Origin: Actinomycetes bacterium
GTDB taxonomy: Bacteria; Actinomycetota; Acidimicrobiia; Acidimicrobiales; Ilumatobacteraceae
Assembly: GCA_014190235.1 (NCBI GenBank)
Contig: BJGC01000008.1
Coordinates: forward strand, 139 to 64,138
Length of the DNA stretch: 64,000 nucleotides
Reading direction: 5' to 3'
The translations under genes and the position numbers were made by a program. Positions 22,290 through 32,845 of this stretch are shown here, piece by piece. The notes beneath the pieces were generated by a model that saw nothing but the letters and a program-made list of their open reading frames with translations, had not been told where the DNA came from and ran no database searches. The first letter of the stretch is position 1. Every line of letters begins with the position of its first letter.

Positions 22290-23501
22290 GTGACACACAT
22301 GCCTCAGCGCCATCAGACCCCTCAGGCCGATGCTGACCGTTACGAACCCACCGGATTTGCGTCAATCGGCGTACCCGAGAATGTCGATCGCGGCCTCTTC
22401 GCAGCCGGCTTCACTGCCCCATTTGCAATCCAGACAGAAGCGATACCTGTTGCACTGAGTGGTGTCGACGTGTGTGGACGCGCCCGAACTGGCTCTGGCA
22501 AGACACTTGCATTCGGAGTGCCGATGATGGCGCGGATGGATGTTGCAGCGCAGGTGCGTGCACCACGCGGCGTGGTGTTGGTGCCCACTCGTGAATTGGC
22601 CTTGCAAGTAGCAGAGGTGCTCGAACCAATCGGAAAATCATGCGGACGTCGCGTGCTCGCGGTCTACGGCGGAGCCTCTCGTGATGATCAGATCGACGCG
22701 CTCGATAAAGGAATCGAACTGATTGTGGCGACACCACTGCGTTTGATTGACCTGATGAAAGCCGGCGAAGTATCCATGAAAGATATTCAAGTTGTCGTTC
22801 TTGACGAAGCAGATCGCATGGCCGACGATGGTTTTACGCCGCAAGTGGAATGGATCCTGCGACATGTCACAGGCGAACACCAAACGATGTTGTTCTCGGC
22901 AACTCTTGATGGTCAGGTCGGAAACCTAGTTCGTCGATACATGAAATCTCCAACAGAAGTATCAATTGATGCACCCACCGACACAGTCGGAACAATGCAT
23001 CACTTGTTTCTAGCGGTGCACAAACTAGACAAAGATCGGGTGATCAACGTGGTCGCTGCTGGTGGCGGAAAGACCCTTGTCTTTTGCGATACGAAACGTT
23101 TATGTGATCGTGTCACGGAGAACTTGCAAGATCTTGGAACAAAAGTTGCAGCAATTCATGGTGACCTTACGCAAGCTGCTCGCGAAAAAGCGCTGGCACG
23201 ATTTACCAAAGGCGAAATTAATATTTTAGTTGCCACAGATGTTGCAGCACGCGGTATCGATATTGATGACATCGGTGTTGTTATTCACTATGTACCGCCG
23301 ATTGATCCAAAAAACTATTTACACAGATCAGGCAGAACGGCACGCGCTGGCAGAGATGGTTGGGCAGTCACGCTTGCTGAATACAATCAACACACGACAT
23401 GTCGAATCATTCAGCGTGCGCTACGACTCCCGACTGACGTGCCCACTGAGGTGTTTAGCAATGATGGGCGTTTAAGCGACTTGCGCAAGTTTCTTTCGTA
23501 A
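22290..23501 (+). CDS. DEAD-box ATP-dependent RNA helicase
   Basis: 403 aa. Motif I ARTGSGKT, motif II VLDEAD, SAT, and motif VI HRSGRTARAG. The start is uncertain (GTG 22290 or ATG 22299). Confidence 0.9.
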   Translation: MTHMPQRHQTPQADADRYEPTGFASIGVPENVDRGLFAAGFTAPFAIQTEAIPVALSGVDVCGRARTGSGKTLAFGVPMMARMDVAAQVRAPRGVVLVPTRELALQVAEVLEPIGKSCGRRVLAVYGGASRDDQIDALDKGIELIVATPLRLIDLMKAGEVSMKDIQVVVLDEADRMADDGFTPQVEWILRHVTGEHQTMLFSATLDGQVGNLVRRYMKSPTEVSIDAPTDTVGTMHHLFLAVHKLDKDRVINVVAAGGGKTLVFCDTKRLCDRVTENLQDLGTKVAAIHGDLTQAAREKALARFTKGEINILVATDVAARGIDIDDIGVVIHYVPPIDPKNYLHRSGRTARAGRDGWAVTLAEYNQHTTCRIIQRALRLPTDVPTEVFSNDGRLSDLRKFLS

Positions 23502-23502
23502 A

Positions 23503-24090
23503 CTATTTGCTCAGCCAGGCCGGACGTTTGGTCTCAAATGAATCAATCTCATTCTGATGTGACAGGGTGATGCCGATGTCGTCAAGACCATTCAAAAAGC
23601 GATGTTGGGTCGACGGATCCATCGGAAATGAAACCGATAATCCTGCAGCAGGAACTTCAACTAAAAGCCGTTCCATGTCAACTGTGATTTCTGTGGACGC
23701 ATCAGACTCAATGAGGTCCCACAACTGGTGCACAATCGTTTCGTCAAGCACTACAGGGATGAGACCATTTTTAGTGCAGTTGTTTCTGAAAATATCACTG
23801 AAGCTTGGTGCTATTACTGCGTTGAATCCGTACTGCTGAATTGCCCACACAGCGTGTTCGCGAGACGAGCCAACTCCAAAGCTTGGACCCGCAACCAAAA
23901 TAGTTGCGCCAACGTATCGCTCGTCGTTGAGCACAAAACTGCGGTCATCGCGCCATGTCGAAAACAGACCAGCCTCAAAGCCAGTTCGCTCAACTCGCTT
24001 GAGCCATTCCGCAGGGATGATTTGATCTGTGTCGACATCACTGCGTTTGAGCGGAATCGCGGTTCCAGAAACAATGCGAACGATTTTCAT
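23503..24090 (-). CDS. leuD: 3-isopropylmalate dehydratase small subunit
   Basis: 195 aa aconitase swivel domain ([13 protein letters not shown]). Overlaps the leuC stop by 4 nt. Confidence 0.92.
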   Translation of the reverse strand: MKIVRIVSGTAIPLKRSDVDTDQIIPAEWLKRVERTGFEAGLFSTWRDDRSFVLNDERYVGATILVAGPSFGVGSSREHAVWAIQQYGFNAVIAPSFSDIFRNNCTKNGLIPVVLDETIVHQLWDLIESDASTEITVDMERLLVEVPAAGLSVSFPMDPSTQHRFLNGLDDIGITLSHQNEIDSFETKRPAWLSK

Positions 24091-25490
24091 GATAAGTCTC
24101 CTGGTGTTGCGAAGTGACCAGCAACAGCGGTGGCTGCAGCGATAGCGGGTGACACCAGATGAGTGCGACCACCACGACCTTGACGTCCTTCAAAATTGCG
24201 ATTGCTTGTACTGGCGGCTCGTTCTCCTGGGGCTAATTTGTCAGGGTTCATTGCCAGACACATTGAGCATCCTGGTTCGCGCCAATCCGCTCCGGCTGCA
24301 ATGAAAATCTTGTCGAGGCCTTCTGCTTCTGCTTGCTTTTTTACGGCATGACTGCCAGGCACAACCATCGCGCGCTTGACTGTGACTGTGCGGCCCTTTA
24401 GCACTGCAGCAGCAGCACGCAAGTCCTCGATGCGGCTGTTGGTACATGATCCAATAAAAACCGTGTCAACCGTGATGTCACGAATTCGAGTTCCGGCAGT
24501 GAGTCCCATGTATTCGAGTGCTCGCGCAATGGTGTCAGCACCAGTGGCATCAGTAGCGTCAGCAGGTGAGGGCAACACTGAGTCGATGCTGATTACTTGA
24601 GCAGGATTTGTTCCCCATGAAACCTGTGGTCGCAATGTGGATGCGTCAATAGTGACTTCGCGATCCCATTTAGCACCATCATCTGTGTGTAAGTATCCCC
24701 ACGCTGCCACTGCTTCATCCCATTGTTTGCCACTTGGTGCATGAGCGCGACCCTTGAGGTATGTAAATGTTGTTTCGTCCGGTGCGATGAGTCCAGCACG
24801 AGCGCCTGCTTCGATTGACATGTTGCATACCGTCATGCGTCCTTCCATTGACAACGCACGTATCGCGGCACCTCGGTATTCGATGACATGTCCGATACCG
24901 CCACCTGTTCCGATAGTGCCGATGATTGCCAAGACGATGTCTTTAGCAGTGACGTCACTTGGTGCAAGACCTTCGACATTGACGGCCATCCATTGAGGGC
25001 GAGACTGGGGAAGGGTCTGTGTGGCAAGAACATGTTCGACTTCGCTGGTTCCGATGCCAAACGCCAGCGCCCCAAATGCTCCGTGTGTTGCAGTGTGACT
25101 GTCTCCGCACACAATTGTCATTCCTGGCAATGTTCGACCTTGTTCTGGCCCGATGACATGAACGATTCCTTGATTAGGGTCGCCCATCGGAAAGAGCGTG
25201 ACGTGAAACTCTTTGGCGTTGTCGCGCAACACTTGTACTTGTCGCGCTGAAATCGGGTCGGCGATGGGCAGATGAATATCTGCGGTGGGCACATTGTGGT
25301 CTTCTGTAGCAAGAGTGAGTTCTGGTCGGCGCACTGTGCGTCCTGATAAACGCAATCCATCAAATGCTTGAGGGCTCGTCACCTCGTGTACGAGATGGAG
25401 ATCGATATAAAGCAAATCAGGTTCGTTGGCCGCCTGATAGATGACATGGTCGTCCCATACTTTTTGCGGCAATGTTTTGGGTGACATCAC
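24087..25490 (-). CDS. leuC: 3-isopropylmalate dehydratase large subunit
   Basis: 467 aa. Aconitase-family Cys ligand regions [11 protein letters not shown] and [10 protein letters not shown]. Confidence 0.93.
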   Translation of the reverse strand: MMSPKTLPQKVWDDHVIYQAANEPDLLYIDLHLVHEVTSPQAFDGLRLSGRTVRRPELTLATEDHNVPTADIHLPIADPISARQVQVLRDNAKEFHVTLFPMGDPNQGIVHVIGPEQGRTLPGMTIVCGDSHTATHGAFGALAFGIGTSEVEHVLATQTLPQSRPQWMAVNVEGLAPSDVTAKDIVLAIIGTIGTGGGIGHVIEYRGAAIRALSMEGRMTVCNMSIEAGARAGLIAPDETTFTYLKGRAHAPSGKQWDEAVAAWGYLHTDDGAKWDREVTIDASTLRPQVSWGTNPAQVISIDSVLPSPADATDATGADTIARALEYMGLTAGTRIRDITVDTVFIGSCTNSRIEDLRAAAAVLKGRTVTVKRAMVVPGSHAVKKQAEAEGLDKIFIAAGADWREPGCSMCLAMNPDKLAPGERAASTSNRNFEGRQGRGGRTHLVSPAIAAATAVAGHFATPGDLS

Positions 25491-25509
25491 ATGCGTCCTT
25501 TGCTCTCTT

Positions 25510-25528
25510 TATCTCACTATATGAGATA
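25510..25528. promoter_or_regulatory. inverted repeat TATCTCA-N5-TGAGATA in the leuC/iclR divergent region (candidate IclR/LtbR-type operator)
   Basis: A 7-bp perfect inverted repeat centred at 25519, inside the 51-bp gap between leuC (minus) and the IclR gene (plus). The minus strand of 25512-25523 reads CATATAGTGAGA. Confidence 0.5.
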
Positions 25529-25541
25529 GACTTCTCAACTG

Positions 25542-26177
25542 ATGGACATTGTATCGGGAGTCGGCGTCATTGACAAGGCCTTTGTGGTGCTCAACGCTCT
25601 AGCGGAGCGCCCTCATTCATTGGTGACGATTGTGCAGGCCACCGACATGCCTCGCGCAACTGCGCATCGACTGTTACTGGCGCTTGAGCAACATGGTGCC
25701 GTGCGTCGCATGGCAGATGGACAATTTTGTCTTGGCACGGCGCTCATCGGTCTTGGGGTGGGTGCTCAGATGCAGTATCCGTTTGTTGAGCAAGCACGAC
25801 GCGTTGCACACGATCTTCGCGATGCAATTGGCGAGAGCGTGCAGGTATATGTAGCCGAAGCAGCAGGTCGTCGATGCATTGTTTCGTTCGAGTCAACACA
25901 CGGCCTGCGATGGATTGTTCCGGAAGGTTCTTTGTTGCCACTGTCGCGAGGAAGCGCCGGCCGATTGTTGGCAGGACACAAGCTGTCAGTCGGTGGATGG
26001 ATTGAGTCAGTAGAAGAACGCGAGAAAGGAGTGGCGTCAGTCAGCGCACCAATTTTTGATAGTGATGGTGACGTCATCGCCGCACTCAGCGTGTCTGGTC
26101 CGCTTGAACGATTGTCGCGAACACCTGGCAAAAAATATGGTGCAAAGTTAGTAAAAGCAGCGAGGTTGTTGCGTTAA
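25542..26177 (+). CDS. IclR-family transcriptional regulator (LtbR-like, divergent from leuCD)
   Basis: 211 aa. N-terminal wHTH (IDKAFVVLNAL...LVTIVQATDMPRATAHRLLLAL) and a C-terminal IclR effector domain ending in SVSGP. Confidence 0.85.
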   Translation: MDIVSGVGVIDKAFVVLNALAERPHSLVTIVQATDMPRATAHRLLLALEQHGAVRRMADGQFCLGTALIGLGVGAQMQYPFVEQARRVAHDLRDAIGESVQVYVAEAAGRRCIVSFESTHGLRWIVPEGSLLPLSRGSAGRLLAGHKLSVGGWIESVEEREKGVASVSAPIFDSDGDVIAALSVSGPLERLSRTPGKKYGAKLVKAARLLR

Positions 26178-26206
26178 GCAGTTCTGAGCAACTTGACTAA
26201 CAGGCT

Positions 26207-27307
26207 TTAGAGAACTTCGCGTGCGTTCACCGCAGTTGGCAACAGCCAACCGCGCATCATCCACCGCTCAGCAAGTTTTTTACCTTTTTCGTCTCCCATA
26301 TCGAATCCAGCAACTGTGGATGCTGGTGCAACCATCCCCCAGAGACATTGCAATTGAAACTCTGACCAAAATGTAGCCCATGTGTAATCGCTCACGCCAA
26401 GAGCAAGGAGTTCATCGTGATACAGATGCAACAATCGCATTCCGTCAGAACGCCAGATCTCTGGTTCGACGGATGAATTAAAGAGATATTGAACATCTTG
26501 TGCCGGCGTTGCCTTAAGAACCATCTGAAAATCAATCATCATCATGTCGGTTGCATCATCGTTGAAGAAAATATTTTCAAGTCGCAGGTCACCATGACAC
26601 AGCGTTTTTGCGGCGGCGCCTGTGCGTTGCAGTATTTCTTCGAACTTGTCTGTTGTATCTCGTCCGAGAGAGACGGCCTCTTGTCCCAACTTTGAGACCC
26701 ATTCGTTTTCAATGACGGGCATCGCACCGCGCATGATGTCGGGCACTACTGCCATTTGGACAGGACTGTCATTTGTGGGCAGCCAGTCATAGGTGTCAAG
26801 GTCTGGATGCAGCCACCACGCAGCATGCCATTTTGCTATTTGTCGCAAGGTGAGTTCGAGTTGAGCGATATTTGCTCCACTCAGCTGATCCCCAACCTCA
26901 AGATGTGCGATTTCTTCCAAGATAAGAACAAACTCACCAGCCGCAATGTCCATGTCTGCGTACAAACAGTGCACCGAGGCAGTGGGAGTGCGTGCGGCAA
27001 GTTCGCGAAAGAAATTTGTTTCGCGAACGTAAATACCAAGCGCAAGTGCAACCGCTTTGTTCTCTGGTGCAGTCGTGGGTAATTTGAGAACCATCTGAGT
27101 AGGAGCAGATGTCGGCTTGCTGTATTGCACCACGAGGCGCGCAAGAACTCCGAACACCCCAGTGCCACCGCCAAGGGATTCGTTGCGCACCGAGACGACA
27201 TCTGTGTCAGCCGCTAGCACGCCACTTGATTGCAGCGCTGCCGAGAGCCACGATGCGCTGACATCGTTGGGTGTTAGTGGTCGAGTTGTCGGACGTTGCG
27301 TGCTCAT
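26207..27307 (-). CDS. phosphotransferase-family protein (APH / CHK-like kinase fold)
   Basis: 366 aa. Brenner-type motif HGDLRLENIFF followed by IDFQ. Confidence 0.75.
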   Translation of the reverse strand: MSTQRPTTRPLTPNDVSASWLSAALQSSGVLAADTDVVSVRNESLGGGTGVFGVLARLVVQYSKPTSAPTQMVLKLPTTAPENKAVALALGIYVRETNFFRELAARTPTASVHCLYADMDIAAGEFVLILEEIAHLEVGDQLSGANIAQLELTLRQIAKWHAAWWLHPDLDTYDWLPTNDSPVQMAVVPDIMRGAMPVIENEWVSKLGQEAVSLGRDTTDKFEEILQRTGAAAKTLCHGDLRLENIFFNDDATDMMMIDFQMVLKATPAQDVQYLFNSSVEPEIWRSDGMRLLHLYHDELLALGVSDYTWATFWSEFQLQCLWGMVAPASTVAGFDMGDEKGKKLAERWMMRGWLLPTAVNAREVL

Positions 27308-27405
27308 GTGCCCCCAGAGGTGTTACTCGCAGTATTTTGCTCCCGTCAGAGTACAACGATGAGATCTTTTTCCACGAAGTATGCAACATCGCACACTTTG
27401 TCTAT

Positions 27406-27921
27406 ATGAACTTAGACCTTCCAGAACCATGCCCACAGCTTCCAGGCACTGTCTCACTTGCGACATTTGTCGAACAGCGACTACACATAACACTCGACAC
27501 GTTTGAGTTGCCAGGAGCCCATCTACATGGAGTAACGGTGGTTGACTCAAAATGTTTTGATAGCGATGCTGATGCAGCATTTCGGCTCTCTTTTTTGGCA
27601 GAGCACCCAGACGTATATGAATTACTTGAAGCACCATCAAGTGCGCTCGGCCGCATGTTTGACGCTGTTGCAGTAGTCACTACCGGATGGGCAGCGCCAC
27701 TTGGTGAAAATGGAGAGGTAGAAGGTGCGCCAAGCCAACACGCCAAACGCCGTCGCGTCCGCCTCACTGTGGTGGTCTCTGATCAAGGCGTCGCGTCAGT
27801 TGTGCGCTTTGCTGATGAGCCAGACGAGATCATCACAGATGCTGGGTCGGCAACAGGATCACTCGCCGATGCCATCAATGGTTATTGGGCACAGGGTCCA
27901 GCAGTCATTGAAAGTCGCTAG
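27406..27921 (+). CDS. hypothetical protein
   Basis: I chose the ATG at 27406 (MNLDLPEPCP...) to avoid overlapping the divergent phosphotransferase gene. No recognised motif. Confidence 0.45.
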   Translation: MNLDLPEPCPQLPGTVSLATFVEQRLHITLDTFELPGAHLHGVTVVDSKCFDSDADAAFRLSFLAEHPDVYELLEAPSSALGRMFDAVAVVTTGWAAPLGENGEVEGAPSQHAKRRRVRLTVVVSDQGVASVVRFADEPDEIITDAGSATGSLADAINGYWAQGPAVIESR

Positions 27922-27941
27922 CCAGCCTTTAGCCTGAAGGT

Positions 27942-28919
27942 GTGGCAGACCACACGGACGGCGCATGGGCCAAGAAAATTCGGGCGCTTGCTGATCAACG
28001 CGACGCAGTGATACTTGCGCACAATTATCAGGTTCCCGAAATACAAGATGTCGCCCACCACGTGGGTGACTCACTTGCGCTGTCACGAATCGCAGCCTCC
28101 GCCAAACAAAGCACCATCGTGTTTTGCGGAGTTCACTTTATGGCGGAGACCGCCAAGATTTTGTCGTATGACAAGACTGTCTTGATTCCTGACGAACGGG
28201 CTGGGTGTTCACTCGCCGACGCAATCACGGCAGATCAATTACGCGACTGGAAAGCGCAGCATCCTGGAGCCGTTGTGGTGAGTTATGTCAATACAACTGC
28301 TGCAGTAAAAGCCGAGACAGATATTTGCTGCACGAGTTCTAACGCCGTAGATGTCGTTGCATCAATTCCGATTGACAAGGAGATTCTGTTTTGCCCCGAT
28401 CAGTTCTTGGGAGCCCATGTGCAACGCTTGACTCAGCGCGAGAACATGCACATTTGGATGGGCGAGTGCCATGTACACGCTGGCATTAACGGCGCAGAAC
28501 TCAAAGAATTAGTAGGCACTGAGCCAGACGCAGAACTATTTATTCATCCAGAGTGTGGCTGCGCCACGAGTGCAATGTACTTGGCGTCTTCTGGTGTTGT
28601 GCCAGCAGAACGCACAAAGATTTTGTCTACCTCGGGAATGATAGACGCCGCTCAAAAAACAACGGCACGAAAAGTTCTTGTGGCGACCGAGACCGGAATG
28701 CTGCATCAGTTGCGTAGAGCGAATACTCTGACTATTTTTCAGCCTGTGAACCCGGCGGCAATTTGCAAATACATGAAGATGATTACCCCCGAAAAACTCG
28801 AACACACACTTATGCACGGAAACGATGTCGTTGATGTGCCCCAAGATATTGCTGATCAGGCGCGGCTGTCAGTAGAACGCATGATTGCGATTGGCACACC
28901 GTCTCGTACGGGAGAATAA
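27942..28919 (+). CDS. nadA: quinolinate synthase
   Basis: 325 aa. Has the ILAHNYQ and VHFMAETAK regions typical of NadA. First gene of a nadA-nadB-nadC string. Confidence 0.92.
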   Translation: MADHTDGAWAKKIRALADQRDAVILAHNYQVPEIQDVAHHVGDSLALSRIAASAKQSTIVFCGVHFMAETAKILSYDKTVLIPDERAGCSLADAITADQLRDWKAQHPGAVVVSYVNTTAAVKAETDICCTSSNAVDVVASIPIDKEILFCPDQFLGAHVQRLTQRENMHIWMGECHVHAGINGAELKELVGTEPDAELFIHPECGCATSAMYLASSGVVPAERTKILSTSGMIDAAQKTTARKVLVATETGMLHQLRRANTLTIFQPVNPAAICKYMKMITPEKLEHTLMHGNDVVDVPQDIADQARLSVERMIAIGTPSRTGE

Positions 28920-28922
28920 ATC

Positions 28923-30545
28923 ATGTCGCAACGACTGGCTGTGCCAGAAGCAACATGGGAGGTCGACACCGATGTCGTGGTCTTGGGGTCTGGTGCTGCA
29001 GGGTTATCAGTAGCGCTTGCTGCACGACCAGTTCGCGATGTGATTTTAATTACAAAAGACACGCTTGCTGCAGGCAGTACTCAGTGGGCTCAAGGTGGAT
29101 TAGCTGCCGTATTAGATCCCAACGACTCAATCGAAAATCATGTGCGTGACACATTGGCCGCAGGTGCTGGACTCTGTAATGAAGCCGCAGTGCGCACGCT
29201 TGTCACAGAAGCACCTACGGCAATCAGGTATCTGTCGCGTCTTGGTGCAGCGTTTGACCCTGGCGTTGACGGAGGCATAGCACTCACTCGCGAGGGTGGT
29301 CACTCCCATGATCGAATTGTGCATGCCGGAGGCGACCAATCTGGAGCAGAAGTACAAAAAACTCTTGACGAGTCAGTTCGCCTCGCGGGAGTGCGCGTTG
29401 TAGAGCACGCATTTGGTATCGATCTACTGATTGGTATCAATGATCAGGGACAACGATGCGTCGCCGGTGTGCGAGTTGCACTTTTGGACGAGAACGGCGA
29501 TGTTGAAAGTGTTGGTGACGTTACGGCGCGAGCAGTCGTGGTGGCAACTGGTGGGTTTGGTCAAGTGTATGCATCGACATCGAATCCATCGGCAGTGACA
29601 GGAGATGGCATTGCTCTTGCATTACGTGCCGGTGTTGAGATTGCCGATATTGAGTTCATCCAGTTTCATCCAACCGTGTTGTGGACCAGTGCCGATGCAA
29701 CTGGACAACAAGCACTCATCAGCGAAGCCGTTCGTGGTGAGGGTGCTGTCTTGGTTGATGCTGCCGGCGAGCGCATTATGAAAGGTGTGCACCCCCAGGA
29801 AGATCTTGCACCTCGTGACATCGTTGCTGCTGCAATCAGCAAGCGCATGTCAGAGGCACCCGCAGGCGTGGATGACCATGTGTTCTTAGACGCACGTTCA
29901 ATCGGAGAACGATTCGCCACGCGTTTTCCTTCGATTACTGCAGCGTGTCTCGCTGCTGGCATCAACCCAGCGCACGACCTCATTCCTGTTGCTCCTGCTG
30001 CGCACTACGCGTGCGGCGGAATTCGGGCTGATCTTGATGGTGTCACGTCGCTCAAAGGACTATTTGCTGTCGGAGAAGCCGCATGCACAGGTGTACACGG
30101 TGCAAATCGATTGGCATCAAACAGCCTGACAGAAGGCATCGTTGCTGGCACTCGAGTTGGGCGAGCGCTCAGTTGGTCACTTCCGATCACTGTTGCTCCG
30201 GGTCTTGATGATCGCACAAGCGGGCTCTTGCCAGCAGAGTGGCGAGCCGAGTTACGCAGCACGATGTCAAAACATGTTGGTGTGTTACGCAGCCCAAATG
30301 GTCTGTTATCAGCGCGCAACACGCTTGAGAGATTGCAGGACAAAGTGGGGTCTGATGTCATCACGACACGACGATCTCTCGAAGCAACCAATTTGCTCAC
30401 CGTGGCTGTGGCCGTGGTTGCTGCTGCAACTGCTCGCACAGAGAGCAGGGGTTGTCACCGTCGTACTGATTTCACAGAAGCATTGCCCGAGTGGCAACGC
30501 CATCTACTTGTCGTTGACGCCGACGGGACAATTGTTGCGCAATGA
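28923..30545 (+). CDS. nadB: L-aspartate oxidase
   Basis: 540 aa. FAD dinucleotide motif VVVLGSGAAGLS, succinate dehydrogenase/fumarate reductase flavoprotein fold (HYACGGI). Confidence 0.92.
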   Translation: MSQRLAVPEATWEVDTDVVVLGSGAAGLSVALAARPVRDVILITKDTLAAGSTQWAQGGLAAVLDPNDSIENHVRDTLAAGAGLCNEAAVRTLVTEAPTAIRYLSRLGAAFDPGVDGGIALTREGGHSHDRIVHAGGDQSGAEVQKTLDESVRLAGVRVVEHAFGIDLLIGINDQGQRCVAGVRVALLDENGDVESVGDVTARAVVVATGGFGQVYASTSNPSAVTGDGIALALRAGVEIADIEFIQFHPTVLWTSADATGQQALISEAVRGEGAVLVDAAGERIMKGVHPQEDLAPRDIVAAAISKRMSEAPAGVDDHVFLDARSIGERFATRFPSITAACLAAGINPAHDLIPVAPAAHYACGGIRADLDGVTSLKGLFAVGEAACTGVHGANRLASNSLTEGIVAGTRVGRALSWSLPITVAPGLDDRTSGLLPAEWRAELRSTMSKHVGVLRSPNGLLSARNTLERLQDKVGSDVITTRRSLEATNLLTVAVAVVAAATARTESRGCHRRTDFTEALPEWQRHLLVVDADGTIVAQ

Positions 30546-31462
30546 AACTTTATTCTTTTTCAGACCACCTCTCCCAACGCTTACAGAGTGCAGGGCTAGA
30601 TGTGTTGTACGTGCTTGACATTGTGCAGCGAGCCGTTCTAGAAGACCTTGCTGGGGGCATCGACATCACAAGCACGTCAACAGTGCCAATCACGCAACGC
30701 AGCATTGCCACTTTTGGCACGCGTGCGAACGGATGTCTCGCTGGCCTTGATGTTGCATCTGGCGTGATTGAGGTTGTGTGTGGCCCACTCGCAAGTGAGT
30801 TCACAAAATTGGCAACTGACGGACAGCGCGTACAAAATGGAGACATCGTGGCACGAGTCGTTGCTCCGACGCAGTTATTGCTCACTGCAGAGCGAACCGC
30901 TTTGAACATAATGTGTCACATGTCAGGCATTGCGACAATGACTGCTCAGTGGGTGGACGCTGTGCGCGGAACGAACGCCATCATTCGAGACACACGCAAG
31001 ACAACCCCAGGGCTGCGCGCTTTAGAAAAATATGCAGTGCGATGTGGTGGTGGCCAGAATCATCGAATGGCTCTGAGCGATGCTGCTTTGGTCAAAGACA
31101 ATCACATCGCTGCAGCAGGTGGAGTCGCCGAGGCATTTCAGTTAGTACGCCAACATGCGCCAACAATTACCCTTGAAATAGAAGTTGACACACTTGAGCA
31201 GTTAACGCAAGCAATGTTGGCTGGCGCACACTTGGTTTTGCTCGACAATATGTCGACAGCAATTATGGTGCAGGCAGTCAAAATGGCAAAAGAGCACACC
31301 GCTCGCACCGGAGCAGCAGTCGTGCTCGAAGCAAGTGGCGGTTTATCAATTGATCGTGCGAAAGAAGTCGCTCAAACTGGTGTTGATTTTATTTCTGTTG
31401 GCGCACTAACGCACTCCGCGCCGATTCTTGATCTTGGCCTCGACCTCGAGACGGTGCTGTAA
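30542..31462 (+). CDS. nadC: nicotinate-nucleotide pyrophosphorylase (carboxylating)
   Basis: 306 aa. Contains RDTRKTTPGLR, KYAVRCGGGQNHR and LVKDNH. Overlaps the nadB stop by 4 nt. Confidence 0.92.
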   Translation: MKLYSFSDHLSQRLQSAGLDVLYVLDIVQRAVLEDLAGGIDITSTSTVPITQRSIATFGTRANGCLAGLDVASGVIEVVCGPLASEFTKLATDGQRVQNGDIVARVVAPTQLLLTAERTALNIMCHMSGIATMTAQWVDAVRGTNAIIRDTRKTTPGLRALEKYAVRCGGGQNHRMALSDAALVKDNHIAAAGGVAEAFQLVRQHAPTITLEIEVDTLEQLTQAMLAGAHLVLLDNMSTAIMVQAVKMAKEHTARTGAAVVLEASGGLSIDRAKEVAQTGVDFISVGALTHSAPILDLGLDLETVL

Positions 31463-32845
31463 TCAGCCGCCGGCACGTGCCTGTAGCCATTTTTCTTCTT
31501 GTTCGCCCATTGGGGTAGATGCAGCAGAGTTTGTCATTGGCCAAAGTTCTTCTGCCATTAAGCGATAGTTGCCGACTGCGCCAAGTTGGCCAAGCAAGGC
31601 ATACAAGCCCAAATTAATGCGCTGAATAAAAACAAAAGCACGAGGAACAGTGGAGTATTGCGCAATCGGCGACGTGCGATCAAAAGTGTGTCTCACGATA
31701 GATGACGCATATTCTCCCGACCATGTCATCACTCGTGACTCACGTACTGGTGCATAGAAATGGGAAAAGTATTCTCCGGCATCTTCAGTTGTGACAGGTG
31801 CATCAGGGCTGAGCATTCCGGCTTCTTCGATGATGCGTCGAAACTCGGCAACGTCATTGTCAATTGCTGCGGCCTTGACCATGCCTTGAAAAGCATCCAT
31901 CTCTGGGATTGTAAAATGCTTGACGAGGCCAAAGTCCAAAAACGTGACCTTGCCATCGCGATGAAAGAGATAGTTGCCCGGATGAGGGTCGCCATTAAAT
32001 GCCCGGAAACGATAAAGGCTACGAAACACAAATCGGAAAATTGCCTCACCGACCTGATTGCGTTCGTGTTGGCCCCATGTCAGCATTTCAGCCCACGTCG
32101 CACCCTCTACTAATTCAGATGTCAGCACATGAGATGAAGAAAGATGCGGGATGACTGCTGGTATGTGAATAAAAGGATGACCGAGGTAAAACTCATGGAA
32201 CAGCATTTGATGACGAGCTTCTTGTTCGTAGTCAAGTTCTTCTGTGAGTCGTTCTTTAATTTCCTCTACCATTTCTTGGGGATTAAGGCTCTTGAATCCG
32301 AAAGCCAATAATGTTCCAAGTAAGTCAGCGGTTCGCAGATCGGCAGCAATTGCTTGGGCAACACCTGGGTATTGCACCTTGACTGCGACGGCTTGCAATG
32401 TGCCGTCTGATTGCTGGATTAAGGCGCGGTGCACTTGTCCGATAGATGCAGCAGCAATTGGGTCGCGGTCAAACTCAACGAAGATGTCGCTAATTGATGC
32501 ACCAAGATCTTGCAAAATGACTGCTTCAACAAGTTCGTGTGCCATCGGTGGTGCATTCGTTTGCAATTGTGCCAAGGCCAAGCGAAATGGTTCAGGCAAT
32601 CCCTCGTCTAGGTAACTTGCCATCTGTCCGAGTTTCATGAGAGCACCCTTCATATTGCCTAATTCATCGGCAATTTGTTCGGCAGTCTGTAGCTCGCGAG
32701 CTCGCGACAGTTCTTCACGTCGCTTGGAGCCAGCAAATATTTTGCGTGCGGCGGTGCTGGCATGACCAAGACCAACGCGAGTGCCAAGCGCTGCTAATCG
32801 TGCGTTTCGGCGCAGTCGGGTACGAGATTGGATAGCGAGTTTCAT
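31463..32845 (-). CDS. ABC1/UbiB-family atypical kinase
   Basis: 460 aa. Contains KLGQMAS, ASIGQVHRA, AVKVQYPG and the HPGNYLF / DFG regions characteristic of the ABC1 family. Confidence 0.85.
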   Translation of the reverse strand: MKLAIQSRTRLRRNARLAALGTRVGLGHASTAARKIFAGSKRREELSRARELQTAEQIADELGNMKGALMKLGQMASYLDEGLPEPFRLALAQLQTNAPPMAHELVEAVILQDLGASISDIFVEFDRDPIAAASIGQVHRALIQQSDGTLQAVAVKVQYPGVAQAIAADLRTADLLGTLLAFGFKSLNPQEMVEEIKERLTEELDYEQEARHQMLFHEFYLGHPFIHIPAVIPHLSSSHVLTSELVEGATWAEMLTWGQHERNQVGEAIFRFVFRSLYRFRAFNGDPHPGNYLFHRDGKVTFLDFGLVKHFTIPEMDAFQGMVKAAAIDNDVAEFRRIIEEAGMLSPDAPVTTEDAGEYFSHFYAPVRESRVMTWSGEYASSIVRHTFDRTSPIAQYSTVPRAFVFIQRINLGLYALLGQLGAVGNYRLMAEELWPMTNSAASTPMGEQEEKWLQARAGG

